Shown here: positions 10,643-19,575 of the stretch, piece by piece
How the letters are laid out: every line of letters starts with the position of its first letter
Position numbering within the stretch: the stretch's first letter is position 1
Virus record (IMG/VR): IMGVR_UViG_3300046323_000234
Reading direction: 5' to 3' (one strand)
Length of the DNA: 64,000 bases
Source: a virus
Made by a program: the position numbers and the translations under genes
The notes under the pieces: generated by a model
The model's input: only the letters and a program-made list of their open reading frames with translations
Databases searched by the model: none
What the model was told of the DNA's origin: nothing

Positions 10643-11027
10643 GACTATATGGTTTTTTTATTAAATGTTTATAGTCGTTATATTTATTACAATTATAATC
10701 ATACGATTCTGTTAGAGTAATTCGACAATTATTAAATACCACACCAAAAAAATCACCAATGATGTATTTATAACCTGGTGAATCATATTTAAAATATTTA
10801 GAACTCGGCCAACAATAATAATGATTAATATGATTTATTTCGAGAAATATTTCATCATCAATATAATATGTTGTAATCTCTCTTTCGACTGATGTAATTA
10901 CAAAATTAACTTGTTTCCATAAGGATTTAAAATGTTCAATATCTGGTTGATAATATCTAAATTCATCCTCTATTAGATTTGCTTTAATATGATTTTCATA
11001 GATATCATTTAAATATTCACAGAGCAT
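10632..11027 (-). CDS. CxY-module family small protein
   Basis: MLCEYLNDIYENHIKANLIEDEF. Confidence 0.8.
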   Translation of the reverse strand: MLCEYLNDIYENHIKANLIEDEFRYYQPDIEHFKSLWKQVNFVITSVEREITTYYIDDEIFLEINHINHYYCWPSSKYFKYDSPGYKYIIGDFFGVVFNNCRITLTESYDYNCNKYNDYKHLIKKPYSHAL

Positions 11028-12225
11028 AGTATTTATTTCTTTGTGCTATTAACCAAACGTTTAAATAAACACCATCAGGTAATTCACTTAAATCAGAAAT
11101 TTTATAATGATTATCAAGTTCTGATCTTAATTTCATTGCAGTTTCCAATAAAATATCATATTGGATCTTACCAAACTTAATATCCATTAGATAATCTTTA
11201 TCTGTTGTTCTAATCATTTTAATACCTTCACCATTGGCTATTTCTTTGGCAACAGTTAACAATCTCACACAATGTGACATATCCTTTTGGTCATATCCAA
11301 TAACTTCCGCTTTTGAATACCTAACTGGATTTCTTTTCTCCACAAATTCCCAATATTCTTTATAATCTTTACAATATTGGATATATCCATCTTTGTTGTA
11401 GTAAATATAGCCGAGAAATACAATATCATTTACATCATATTCATCTTCATGTGGAATGGATGATAATCTAATTTCATTGGATTGTGACAAATCATTATCA
11501 AGCACAATACCCTTAAAACCATATCCCATATTGAGATTATTATCTTTTCTATGTTGCTTAGTTATTTTCCGTTCCAATTCATCATAATCTTTATTAAAGA
11601 TTGAATCCGATACCTTATCGTAAAATAATCCATAAACATCTTTGGCATGTGGTGTATTAACCACTCCACAATATAATTGTTTTTTATATTTTCTTTTTAA
11701 ATAATGTTTTAATAGAATGCTTTTGGCATTATCGGATAAGAAATAACAAAAATCCAATATATCTTTCTTCTCCTTATCCACTGGATTCATTATCTTCTTA
11801 TTCTTGGCTTTCGCTTTTTGCATTTGTGATACAGCATACTCGCCAAACGAATATAAACACTTTTTTGATAAAATATTATTAATATCTACATCAATAAATT
11901 TTTCATTTAAATATGTGTATTTTTTGTTAATAACCGACTGCAATATTTCCAAAGCATTTGCATCGTTTTTCTGTAATAATTTAACAAATTTACTTATCTC
12001 ATGGTAAGTAACATCTGGTGCTTTTGATTCAGCAGTTAAATTATAATTCTGATTATCTATTTGATTGGATAATACATCATCCAATTCCATAAAGAAAACA
12101 CCTGCAAAATCCACATCGCTTGTTTCAGTATTCAATCCAAAAGCATGTGAACCAACTACTGTTTCAAACAATAATAAATTATTGTTTTTGATGTATTCTG
12201 TTGTATATTTTTCTTTTAATTTCAT
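11017..12225 (-). CDS. DNA polymerase beta-superfamily nucleotidyltransferase (YcgL-like)
   Basis: VGSHAFGLNTETSDVDFAGVF (GS...DxD), YDQKDMSHCVRLL. Confidence 0.85.
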   Translation of the reverse strand: MKLKEKYTTEYIKNNNLLLFETVVGSHAFGLNTETSDVDFAGVFFMELDDVLSNQIDNQNYNLTAESKAPDVTYHEISKFVKLLQKNDANALEILQSVINKKYTYLNEKFIDVDINNILSKKCLYSFGEYAVSQMQKAKAKNKKIMNPVDKEKKDILDFCYFLSDNAKSILLKHYLKRKYKKQLYCGVVNTPHAKDVYGLFYDKVSDSIFNKDYDELERKITKQHRKDNNLNMGYGFKGIVLDNDLSQSNEIRLSSIPHEDEYDVNDIVFLGYIYYNKDGYIQYCKDYKEYWEFVEKRNPVRYSKAEVIGYDQKDMSHCVRLLTVAKEIANGEGIKMIRTTDKDYLMDIKFGKIQYDILLETAMKLRSELDNHYKISDLSELPDGVYLNVWLIAQRNKYYAL

Positions 12226-12446
12226 TCTGTTAATTCAGTAAAACGTATATTATAACCATAATTTCTAGTAAAATCAATAATACAACTCCTGTATTTAATA
12301 AATCCAAAGGAAATGCCGTAAATTTGGTAATCTAGATTTATATGAGTAAAATATGCTTTAATTATTTCTTCTTTAAAATCATCACCAGTTATATGATTTT
12401 CAACAATATTCTTATGTATCTCTAATATGTACTTACATGGCTTCAT
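12222..12446 (-). CDS. CxY-module family small protein
   Basis: MKPCKYILEIHKNIVENHITGDDF; probable start 12446. Confidence 0.7.
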   Translation of the reverse strand: MKPCKYILEIHKNIVENHITGDDFKEEIIKAYFTHINLDYQIYGISFGFIKYRSCIIDFTRNYGYNIRFTELTE

Positions 12447-12646
12447 TTTACCAATCTTAAAATTTGAGCACCCCAAGTTCTTTCGTATTTTATATTAGAT
12501 TCTTTACATATGTATGTAAAGACTTCAGTATCATCATTATAAGAATCATAACAATAATCAACAAAAAAATGACGAAATTCATCAGTTGTTAAATAATTTA
12601 TAACAATATTTGAATGGATCTCTAATATGTATTTGCAGGGTTTCAT
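12443..12646 (-). CDS. CxY-module family small protein
   Basis: MKPCKYILEIHSNIVINYLTTDEF. Confidence 0.75.
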   Translation of the reverse strand: MKPCKYILEIHSNIVINYLTTDEFRHFFVDYCYDSYNDDTEVFTYICKESNIKYERTWGAQILRLVK

Positions 12647-12861
12647 TCTACTAATTTTATAATATTATCACCCCATTTTTTTCCGTATCTTATATTGGAT
12701 AATCCACATACATATGTATAAGTTTTAGTACTATTTCTATCGAGATACCTATATAAATCATCATAACGAGAATATGCAAAAAAATAACGAAATTCTTCAA
12801 GTGTTAAATAATTTATAACAATATTTGAATGTATTTCTAATATGTACTTACAAGGTTTCAT
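12643..12861 (-). CDS. CxY-module family small protein
   Basis: MKPCKYILEIHSNIVINYLTLEEF; first 20 aa identical to its neighbour. Confidence 0.75.
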   Translation of the reverse strand: MKPCKYILEIHSNIVINYLTLEEFRYFFAYSRYDDLYRYLDRNSTKTYTYVCGLSNIRYGKKWGDNIIKLVE

Positions 12862-13043
12862 TCTACTAATTTAAATAATGTACTTTTAAAATTTCTCACA
12901 TATTTAATATTTGATAATTTACAAGAATAAACAAAATTCTGACCAGAAATATAATCCAATCCTATAAATGATGTTTTTTCTTCTAACGTTAAATTATTTA
13001 TAATAATTGAATGAATTTTTAGTATATACTTGCAGGGCAACAT
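12858..13043 (-). CDS. CxY-module family small protein
   Basis: MLPCKYILKIHSIIINNLTLEE; shares YxCxxSNIxY with its neighbours; probable start 13043. Confidence 0.7.
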   Translation of the reverse strand: MLPCKYILKIHSIIINNLTLEEKTSFIGLDYISGQNFVYSCKLSNIKYVRNFKSTLFKLVE

Positions 13044-13047
13044 ATTA

Positions 13048-13737
13048 TTAATATTTAATAAATTTAGGTACAAATCCACCTTGAGTACAACCGACAACTG
13101 GCATTAAAACATCGCCTTTAACATCACAATTGGATATTGATGATATTTCTTTATGCCATGTTTTAAAGTTTTTGTTATCAACTTTTGATATATTAATCAA
13201 AACATGAAAACCACCTCTGGTTTGCAATAAAGATACAGCATCTTTATTAATTTTACCATCAAGTTGCGAAATTAATTCATCATATCCAATATTGTCAAAA
13301 TCAAAATCAATAAAATATTTTTTACCATTACTGGTTTGAATCATTGACAATACTTCTTGGTGTGGATTAAAGTTTCTATGTTCATCATTATCGCAAATAA
13401 CTTCTGCAAACTTCTTTAATGAATTCTTTGTGGCTTTAAGTAAGTCTCTAGGGTTTGGCATAATATATAATGCCAATGATTCAACTGGAACTGGCTGGCC
13501 ATTATATTTATAGCAACCAACTTCACATTCCAATTGTTTGATTTTATCAATCAAAAGTTCTTTTGTTGATGTAAATCTTTTTAATTGTTGCTTATCCGCT
13601 TTTAATACACCACTTTCATTGGCATATTTTGATCTTGCGAATAAACAAACATAAAAGGTTTCGTTTTTGGATAGGTTGGGCAACCAATCTAAAAACTGTT
13701 TCAATGCCTCAATATCCTTAATTATTTCGTAATTCAT
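13048..13737 (-). CDS. Hypothetical protein with AEP (primase-polymerase)-like motifs
   Basis: FIDFDFD (DxD) and QTRGGFHVL (motif II-like). Confidence 0.5.
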   Translation of the reverse strand: MNYEIIKDIEALKQFLDWLPNLSKNETFYVCLFARSKYANESGVLKADKQQLKRFTSTKELLIDKIKQLECEVGCYKYNGQPVPVESLALYIMPNPRDLLKATKNSLKKFAEVICDNDEHRNFNPHQEVLSMIQTSNGKKYFIDFDFDNIGYDELISQLDGKINKDAVSLLQTRGGFHVLINISKVDNKNFKTWHKEISSISNCDVKGDVLMPVVGCTQGGFVPKFIKY

Positions 13738-13934
13738 TTTCTAATATATTTTTTAATATATAATAATAATTCTCTTTCATTTTCTATTAAAATTGAAAAT
13801 CTATTCCAAAGAATTATATCAAAATTTGGATTGGTTGTTTCATCATCATAAAACAATCCGTTAATTTCATCACGTGCAAAATTCTCAACAATTAATTCTA
13901 GGATTTCATTAACATATTTACAATTATTTTCCAT
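13734..13934 (-). CDS. CxY-module family small protein
   Basis: MENNCKYVNEILELIVENFARDEI. Confidence 0.7.
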   Translation of the reverse strand: MENNCKYVNEILELIVENFARDEINGLFYDDETTNPNFDIILWNRFSILIENERELLLYIKKYIRK

Positions 13935-14112
13935 AAAATAATCGCCTTATTTTATTACTTAGCTCAGTACCATATAATTTTTTATATTGTTTACCGAAGA
14001 TTCTATGCAAATCATCATTATTTATTAAACCCATGAAATGTGTTAATTCATCAGAGGTTAATCCCTTTGATATGCGTTTTAATATTTTATTCACTTCGAT
14101 GCAATTATTCAT
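13924..14112 (-). CDS. CxY-module family small protein
   Basis: MNNCIEVNKILKRISKGLTSDEL. Confidence 0.65.
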   Translation of the reverse strand: MNNCIEVNKILKRISKGLTSDELTHFMGLINNDDLHRIFGKQYKKLYGTELSNKIRRLFYGK

Positions 14113-14321
14113 TATTTATTTAATATAGATTGAATTATTAATGGATATTTGGCTTTAACTAAAAGCTTTTCATTATTAAATTTATTTTCAATTAAATAAT
14201 TTATTTCAGTTAATAGCATAGATTCAAAAATAATGGATTGGATTTGGTCAATGTATTTACAATTTTCTATTTTCATCGTTCTATCTCTATTAACGTAACA
14301 TCCATTAAAAAAGTTTTCCAT
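14112..14321 (-). CDS. CxY-module family small protein
   Basis: MKIENCKYIDQIQSIIFESMLLTEI (start may be 14276). Confidence 0.65.
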   Translation of the reverse strand: MENFFNGCYVNRDRTMKIENCKYIDQIQSIIFESMLLTEINYLIENKFNNEKLLVKAKYPLIIQSILNK

Positions 14322-14322
14322 C

Positions 14323-14553
14323 TCACAATAAATCTGATAACTTTTTCACATATTGTTCAATATTTGCATCATTATCAGTTATTGAGTCAAAAACATCCTT
14401 TTCTTTCTGAACATTATCTTTTATTGTTTTATATAATGATAATATATCATTGGCGTACTTGCCACCTTCTTGTGCAATCATTCCAGATGTATGGTTCTTT
14501 GGATCTGCATAGAACTCCAAACATTTTTTTAATAATTCCTCAAGATTGCTCAT
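14323..14553 (-). CDS. Hypothetical protein
   Basis: ORF in operon context; LEFYAD...GGKYA; probable start MSNLEE. Confidence 0.6.
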   Translation of the reverse strand: MSNLEELLKKCLEFYADPKNHTSGMIAQEGGKYANDILSLYKTIKDNVQKEKDVFDSITDNDANIEQYVKKLSDLL

Positions 14554-14887
14554 TTTCTTTATCTTTCTGTTTAATTCCATCTAAAATCAACTTCTTAATG
14601 TTGATAACAGTTTCTGTTAATTGTTTTATTTCAAAGTCTTTCATGGTGAAATTTTTATCAACCTTATGTTTGGGCTTGATGTATTTATTGAGATATGTTC
14701 CTTGCGAATCTACATTATCATATAGTTCAAAAGTGTCCAAAGATACATCTAAATATGTATAAACACCACCAGTTCTAAAAAAAATTGATAGTTTTTTTGA
14801 TTCTTTAAAATAAAGTGACTTAAATATGTTCGATGAATCATAGTAAGATTCCACCATTTCATCATTTTCTTGTCTTTGTATATTCAT
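14540..14887 (-). CDS. KTSC-domain protein
   Basis: DSSNI...LSIFFRTGGVYTYLDV...SQGTYLNKYIK. Confidence 0.8.
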   Translation of the reverse strand: MNIQRQENDEMVESYYDSSNIFKSLYFKESKKLSIFFRTGGVYTYLDVSLDTFELYDNVDSQGTYLNKYIKPKHKVDKNFTMKDFEIKQLTETVINIKKLILDGIKQKDKENEQS

Positions 14888-14918
14888 ACTTATAAATATT
14901 AAACAACAAATTTAATAA

Positions 14919-14927
14919 ACTATTTAT
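14919..14927 (+). promoter_or_regulatory. Putative late promoter ACTATTTAT
   Basis: Motif recurs shortly upstream of many structural genes. Confidence 0.7.
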
Positions 14928-14945
14928 GAAAAACAAATACATTAA

Positions 14946-15791
14946 GTGGCATATCCAAAAAGAAATAAGATTAATATTAACGTAAATGAACAAAAGATTG
15001 GTATTAATAGAATAACCCAACTCTTGAACAATACTGACGTTAAAACCGTTTATTTACCCCATAAGATTGGATTAAAGGACTTACATAGAGGTTTTTTTAA
15101 TTTCGTCAATGAGGGTGAGTTGAAGATCAATGTTTCTGGATATGATGAAAATCAACAAAAGAATGTGCCAACCATATATCTATCAAATGAAAAATGGGGT
15201 GAGTTTTCAAAAACATGGCAGTATGTTGATAAGGATAAAAACTTATTAACACCATTCATTACTGTCAGAAGAACATCAAAAGCAAAAGGCACACATAGTG
15301 GTGAAAGATATTTAGTTCCACAAAGAAAAGCATTTAAATATTATGATGTTCCAACATTGGATAATGGTGAAATTATTGTAACCAGATATAAGATTCCACA
15401 GCCAACCACTATTGATTTAATGTTTGATGTTAAATTATTTACAAAATATCAATCCGATTTGGATACGTTTGATGAAACCTACTTTAAAGCATTTGCATCT
15501 GGTCAAGCCTATTGCAATGTTAATGGACATCTATTACCAATAATGTTGGATGCTACTGATGAACCATCATCAATCGAAGATGCCAATGGACAAAGAATGT
15601 ATGTATCTTCCTATTCACTTAAATTAATGGGATATATCTTGGATGATAAAGATTTTGTTATTACCAAAACATATAGAAAAGTATTGACAGAGATACAATT
15701 TTTGGATAGATTTGAAAACTTTCTTAAACAATACCATACAGTTGAGGGTTCTACAACATTTGATTATCTGTTTGATTTTAATTTGTCATAA
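14946..15791 (+). CDS. Putative tail completion/terminator-like virion protein
   Basis: VPTIYLSNEKW, LLTPFITVRR, IPQPTTIDLMFDV, LKLMGYI resemble T4 gp15-type proteins; late motif upstream. Confidence 0.55.
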   Translation: MAYPKRNKININVNEQKIGINRITQLLNNTDVKTVYLPHKIGLKDLHRGFFNFVNEGELKINVSGYDENQQKNVPTIYLSNEKWGEFSKTWQYVDKDKNLLTPFITVRRTSKAKGTHSGERYLVPQRKAFKYYDVPTLDNGEIIVTRYKIPQPTTIDLMFDVKLFTKYQSDLDTFDETYFKAFASGQAYCNVNGHLLPIMLDATDEPSSIEDANGQRMYVSSYSLKLMGYILDDKDFVITKTYRKVLTEIQFLDRFENFLKQYHTVEGSTTFDYLFDFNLS

Positions 15792-16069
15792 TCCTCAATT
15801 ATTGATTTTGTGATTCTAACAGATATGGTTATTGTGAATAGATCAAAATGTATCGGAAACACAGTCTTTAAATATTTTGTAGTTTCAGTTAAAACGTGAA
15901 AAAATGAATCGTCAGTATCTATATTTTTTATATCATTATGAATCAAATCTGATATTTTTTCAAATGTTAAATCAAAAAATAGCCTAGAGTATGTTATTTC
16001 ATTACAATTCAATGATGGATGAATATGTTCTTTATATATTTTTTTTAGTTCGTCACAGATCATCTTCAA
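15764..16069 (-). CDS. CxY-module family small protein
   Basis: MICDELKKIYKEHIHPSLNCNEITYS. Confidence 0.75.
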   Translation of the reverse strand: MKMICDELKKIYKEHIHPSLNCNEITYSRLFFDLTFEKISDLIHNDIKNIDTDDSFFHVLTETTKYLKTVFPIHFDLFTITISVRITKSIIEDYDKLKSNR

Positions 16070-16352
16070 TATGTTTATATTTATCGAATGATTTATGAAT
16101 TATATTAATAATATCATTTTTTGCATTTTTGCCCCATACATAATAATTATCATCAATAACATCTCTTTTTGCATTAAATCTAAAATCACCAAAATCCAAA
16201 TATTCTTTGTATTGGTAGTATAATTGCATTTTTCTATCAACGGCATCATCAATATGATCAATAATTAGTTTGGAATAACTAAAATCACCCCCAATTAATG
16301 ATTTGTGGATGTGTCTTTCGTATATTTTTATAAGCTCGTTGCAAATCATCAT
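16053..16352 (-). CDS. CxY-module family small protein
   Basis: MICNELIKIYERHIHKSLIGGDFSYS. Confidence 0.75.
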   Translation of the reverse strand: MMICNELIKIYERHIHKSLIGGDFSYSKLIIDHIDDAVDRKMQLYYQYKEYLDFGDFRFNAKRDVIDDNYYVWGKNAKNDIINIIHKSFDKYKHIEDDL

Positions 16353-16657
16353 TTCATCATTTCATTTATTATAATATGGTTGTAAATCTTAGTAGCCTTT
16401 TGATGCCAATCAAATCCAATATCTACTAATGAAATTATTTCCATATTATCACTTTCATAAAAAACTTTATACGATAATTCAACCATATTTATAATGTTTA
16501 CAGTGGGGGGACTATTTAATTTTTCAAAAACATTACATTTATTCATTGCTGAATATATCATATCATATGCTGGTTTTGAATATATAAACTCATCATTCGA
16601 CAATGAATGATGAATATGATTTTCATAAATATCTTTTACATAATTGCAAATTATCAT
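16349..16657 (-). CDS. CxY-module family small protein
   Basis: MIICNYVKDIYENHIHHSLSNDEFIYS. Confidence 0.8.
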   Translation of the reverse strand: MIICNYVKDIYENHIHHSLSNDEFIYSKPAYDMIYSAMNKCNVFEKLNSPPTVNIINMVELSYKVFYESDNMEIISLVDIGFDWHQKATKIYNHIIINEMMK

Positions 16658-17067
16658 TGTATTAATTTTCTAGCTATTAAATATTTTTTAAATTCTTTTC
16701 CTAAAAACTTTTCCATTTGATTTGTAAACGCTCTTCTCTCAAAATATAATTTATTTAAATCACGATATGTTATATTTTCATTATACAATATATTATGAAT
16801 ATCTATTAATCTAAATCTTTCACCATAAACATAATTATTATCTTCGACTTTAAATACTACCTGATATGTATTAACACTATCATTATATGGATTTTTAAAT
16901 ATTTGAATATTTAAATCTGTTAATTCTACAGCAATTAATTTAATATTTGGTAAACAAAAACTATTATATATAATGACAAATTCACTATTATCCAAACTAT
17001 CACCAATCCGATAGAGTATATCTTTAATATAAGAGCAATATTCTTTTGAGAGATGGATATTAAACAT
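16654..17067 (-). CDS. CxY-module family small protein
   Basis: EYCSYIKDILYRIGDSLDNSEF. Confidence 0.7.
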   Translation of the reverse strand: MFNIHLSKEYCSYIKDILYRIGDSLDNSEFVIIYNSFCLPNIKLIAVELTDLNIQIFKNPYNDSVNTYQVVFKVEDNNYVYGERFRLIDIHNILYNENITYRDLNKLYFERRAFTNQMEKFLGKEFKKYLIARKLIQ

Positions 17068-17145
17068 TTAATAACTGTTTATTGTTAAAAACTCAAATAT
17101 CTCATAAAAGAAATTATTTTCCAAATATTTATGTAAAAAGAAATC

Positions 17146-18303
17146 TTGCAAGAATCGACTCAAATCCAATTAAATCAGTTTAAGAATACAGATAGTGTCA
17201 ACCAAGACATTTATCTCAATGTTGAATTAAAGGCTGAAAGAAAGCAAATTAATGAAGATATTGTTAATAGGTATCTATCATTATCTGAAAGATTTGATTA
17301 TGAGAGGCAGCAATCAACCAAATTTAGGATATATGGGAATATTGAATATTTTTCTTTATTTAATAACATTCCAATCCAATATAGTGGCACTACTGATTTC
17401 TTTAGGCCACCAGTTCAATCTGAAATTAATAATAATTTATTAAAAAATTTTTCAAATAGCTTTAAAACATATCTATGCAAGGTATCTTATAGTAGTGGAA
17501 CTACATTAAATAATGATAGATATATCCAATATTTTGATAAATTAACACAATTAACAGATTTTGATACCTATAGTTGTGGGTATAGTGTTAATTTATTTAA
17601 TGAAAAAAAGAATCTATACAATTTTGATGTGGATATTGATGTGAATAACATTGTTGATAGGTTTAATAAGCCATTAATGGACTTATACATATACTTTGAG
17701 TACATACCAACCACAACTGCACCACAATCGGAATTTGTAAGATATACTGAATATGGTGATGGAGAAGAGCCAACAAGCTATTCATATCCTGTTTTAACTT
17801 TACCAACAACGGCAAGTACAGTATATGGAAATTTGATTGAATATACAAAAGAAAACTTTATTGAAGAGATAGTTCAAGAACAAGAATATTATATTAATGG
17901 TAATTACAAAAATGTGAGTTTAGTTAATAAAACTATAATATTAAAATATAAACCATTTCATAAAATAAAATTAAGAGATTTTTCAGAAAACTCCGAATTG
18001 GTTTATAGTGGTGTTACAAATGCCATCATTCCAGACCATAAGGTGCTTCTAGAATCAACCCAAAACTATTTATGGAGAGATATACTAGATTATGGTTTTA
18101 TTGAACCAGAGTCGTTAAATGGGGTTGATTATCCATTTGTTAATGGAAGACATTACGTATATAATAATCTAATATTAGATATGAAACCAGATTTAACCGA
18201 TGCTGATACATTAACATTGTTTAGATCAATCTATCAAACAGGTTCAACCAATATTGCAAACTCGTTATCAAATAATTTTGAAAAATTAAACGCACCATGT
18301 TAA
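17146..18303 (+). CDS. Hypothetical virion protein
   Basis: 385 aa, AATATTTAT upstream (17124-17132), C-terminal WRDILDYGFIEP..GVDYPFVNGRHY block. Confidence 0.6.
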   Translation: MQESTQIQLNQFKNTDSVNQDIYLNVELKAERKQINEDIVNRYLSLSERFDYERQQSTKFRIYGNIEYFSLFNNIPIQYSGTTDFFRPPVQSEINNNLLKNFSNSFKTYLCKVSYSSGTTLNNDRYIQYFDKLTQLTDFDTYSCGYSVNLFNEKKNLYNFDVDIDVNNIVDRFNKPLMDLYIYFEYIPTTTAPQSEFVRYTEYGDGEEPTSYSYPVLTLPTTASTVYGNLIEYTKENFIEEIVQEQEYYINGNYKNVSLVNKTIILKYKPFHKIKLRDFSENSELVYSGVTNAIIPDHKVLLESTQNYLWRDILDYGFIEPESLNGVDYPFVNGRHYVYNNLILDMKPDLTDADTLTLFRSIYQTGSTNIANSLSNNFEKLNAPC

Positions 18304-18304
18304 T

Positions 18305-19087
18305 ATGTTAAGTGAAAAATTTTTAAATGATAATTTAGATAAAAATATTAAATTAAATCTAAAAAATGGATTTGATGTGTATTTTGATGAATCTGATATT
18401 TCTTTAATTGCCCAAACCAAAGAAGAAGAAAGAATTAATCCATATCTAGATAGTGAGAAGATTAGATTTAAATTTGAACAACCTACACCAAATTTATTAC
18501 TTTCATTTAGTTTTAGATCAGGAAATACATTATCATTTAATACAACATATAAACATGCTGGTTTCACACAAACAGAATTAAATCAAAACCAAACTTCGTT
18601 TATTAATAGCTTCTATGCTATGGAAGTATATGATTCTGTTAATAGCAAAATACAAAATTTATTATCCACAACATATATTAAACCAATAACATCAAATCGA
18701 TATACTGGTTCAACAAATATTAGATTTTTAACAACTGATGAACAAACAAAAATATTAATACCCAAAACATTTATTGCTCAACAAACTGGCACATCTGTTA
18801 ATGTGTATATTAAATTTTCTTTCTATAACGCAAAAACTGGCAAAATAATACCATTTTTCGATAACTTATTTATACCTAAAAGTGGTGAAACAATATTTTA
18901 TAAATTAACACAACTTAATATCACTGGTAGGACATATGCAATGAATATTGGGTTTTTAGATTCATTTAAAGAATTCTCAAATACTGGCTACACCACCAAT
19001 ATTAATAATAGATTCGATAATATCCAACTCAAATCACTTGTATTTCCAACTGGAACTACTTTTACAGCTAGTGGAACGTATATTTAA
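18305..19087 (+). CDS. Hypothetical virion protein, [ST]Gx[ST]-rich
   Basis: 260 aa, directly follows the preceding gene; FSFYNAKTGK. Confidence 0.6.
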   Translation: MLSEKFLNDNLDKNIKLNLKNGFDVYFDESDISLIAQTKEEERINPYLDSEKIRFKFEQPTPNLLLSFSFRSGNTLSFNTTYKHAGFTQTELNQNQTSFINSFYAMEVYDSVNSKIQNLLSTTYIKPITSNRYTGSTNIRFLTTDEQTKILIPKTFIAQQTGTSVNVYIKFSFYNAKTGKIIPFFDNLFIPKSGETIFYKLTQLNITGRTYAMNIGFLDSFKEFSNTGYTTNINNRFDNIQLKSLVFPTGTTFTASGTYI

Positions 19088-19112
19088 TCTGTTAAATGAT
19101 TTACAATATGTG

Positions 19113-19261
19113 AATTTGAGGGTGTTCTCCACAATTAATTGAGGTGGTATCAAAAATAAAGGGGTGTTATTGACCCTAATTTGAGCGTATTTTTCATCTT
19201 TAATACTTTCCAATTTAAATCACGTGGTGTTGTTGACCCTAATTTGAGCGTATTCTCCACC
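19113..19261. repeat. CRISPR-like mini-array: two full 36-nt repeats and one partial, unique 27 and 29 nt spacers
   Basis: GGTGTTGTTGACCCTAATTTGAGCGTATTCTCCACC (19226-19261), GGTGTTATTGACCCTAATTTGAGCGTATTTTTCATC (19163-19198), partial AATTTGAGGGTGTTCTCCAC (19113-19132); periods 63 and 65. Confidence 0.6.
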
Positions 19262-19575
19262 ACGTTCTTTATAAGCTGTTGAATATCATCATATTTCATA
19301 TAATATTTAGATTCGAAAACAGACCAAACCTTAGCATAATTGCAGTATATAAATTGTTTTTTTAAATCCTGTTTAATATACAATTCAAATAATATATCTT
19401 CATTTATACAATAAAAAGTACTATCTGGATGTTCTAGATATGTTTTGGCGTTATTACAGGAGAACCACAAATCCAAAAAGATTTCTTCTACTTCTTGTGA
19501 ATAAACATATTCATCATTAGATAATGACTTATATATATGATTGAGATAAATATCGTTTAAATAGTTGCAGAGCAT
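19150..19575 (-). CDS. CxY-module family protein whose C-terminus is encoded by the repeat array
   Basis: MLCNYLNDIYLNHIYKSLSNDEY, FLDLW, ILFEL, KVWSVFESKY; ends ENTLKLGSTTP...KNTLKLGSITP. Confidence 0.8.
   Translation of the reverse strand: MLCNYLNDIYLNHIYKSLSNDEYVYSQEVEEIFLDLWFSCNNAKTYLEHPDSTFYCINEDILFELYIKQDLKKQFIYCNYAKVWSVFESKYYMKYDDIQQLIKNVVENTLKLGSTTPRDLNWKVLKMKNTLKLGSITPLYF

Noticed and set aside
19134-19225. Self-targeting by the mini-array spacers
   Set aside because: Only 9-12 nt chance matches noticed (e.g. near 9230, 16753, 28193)
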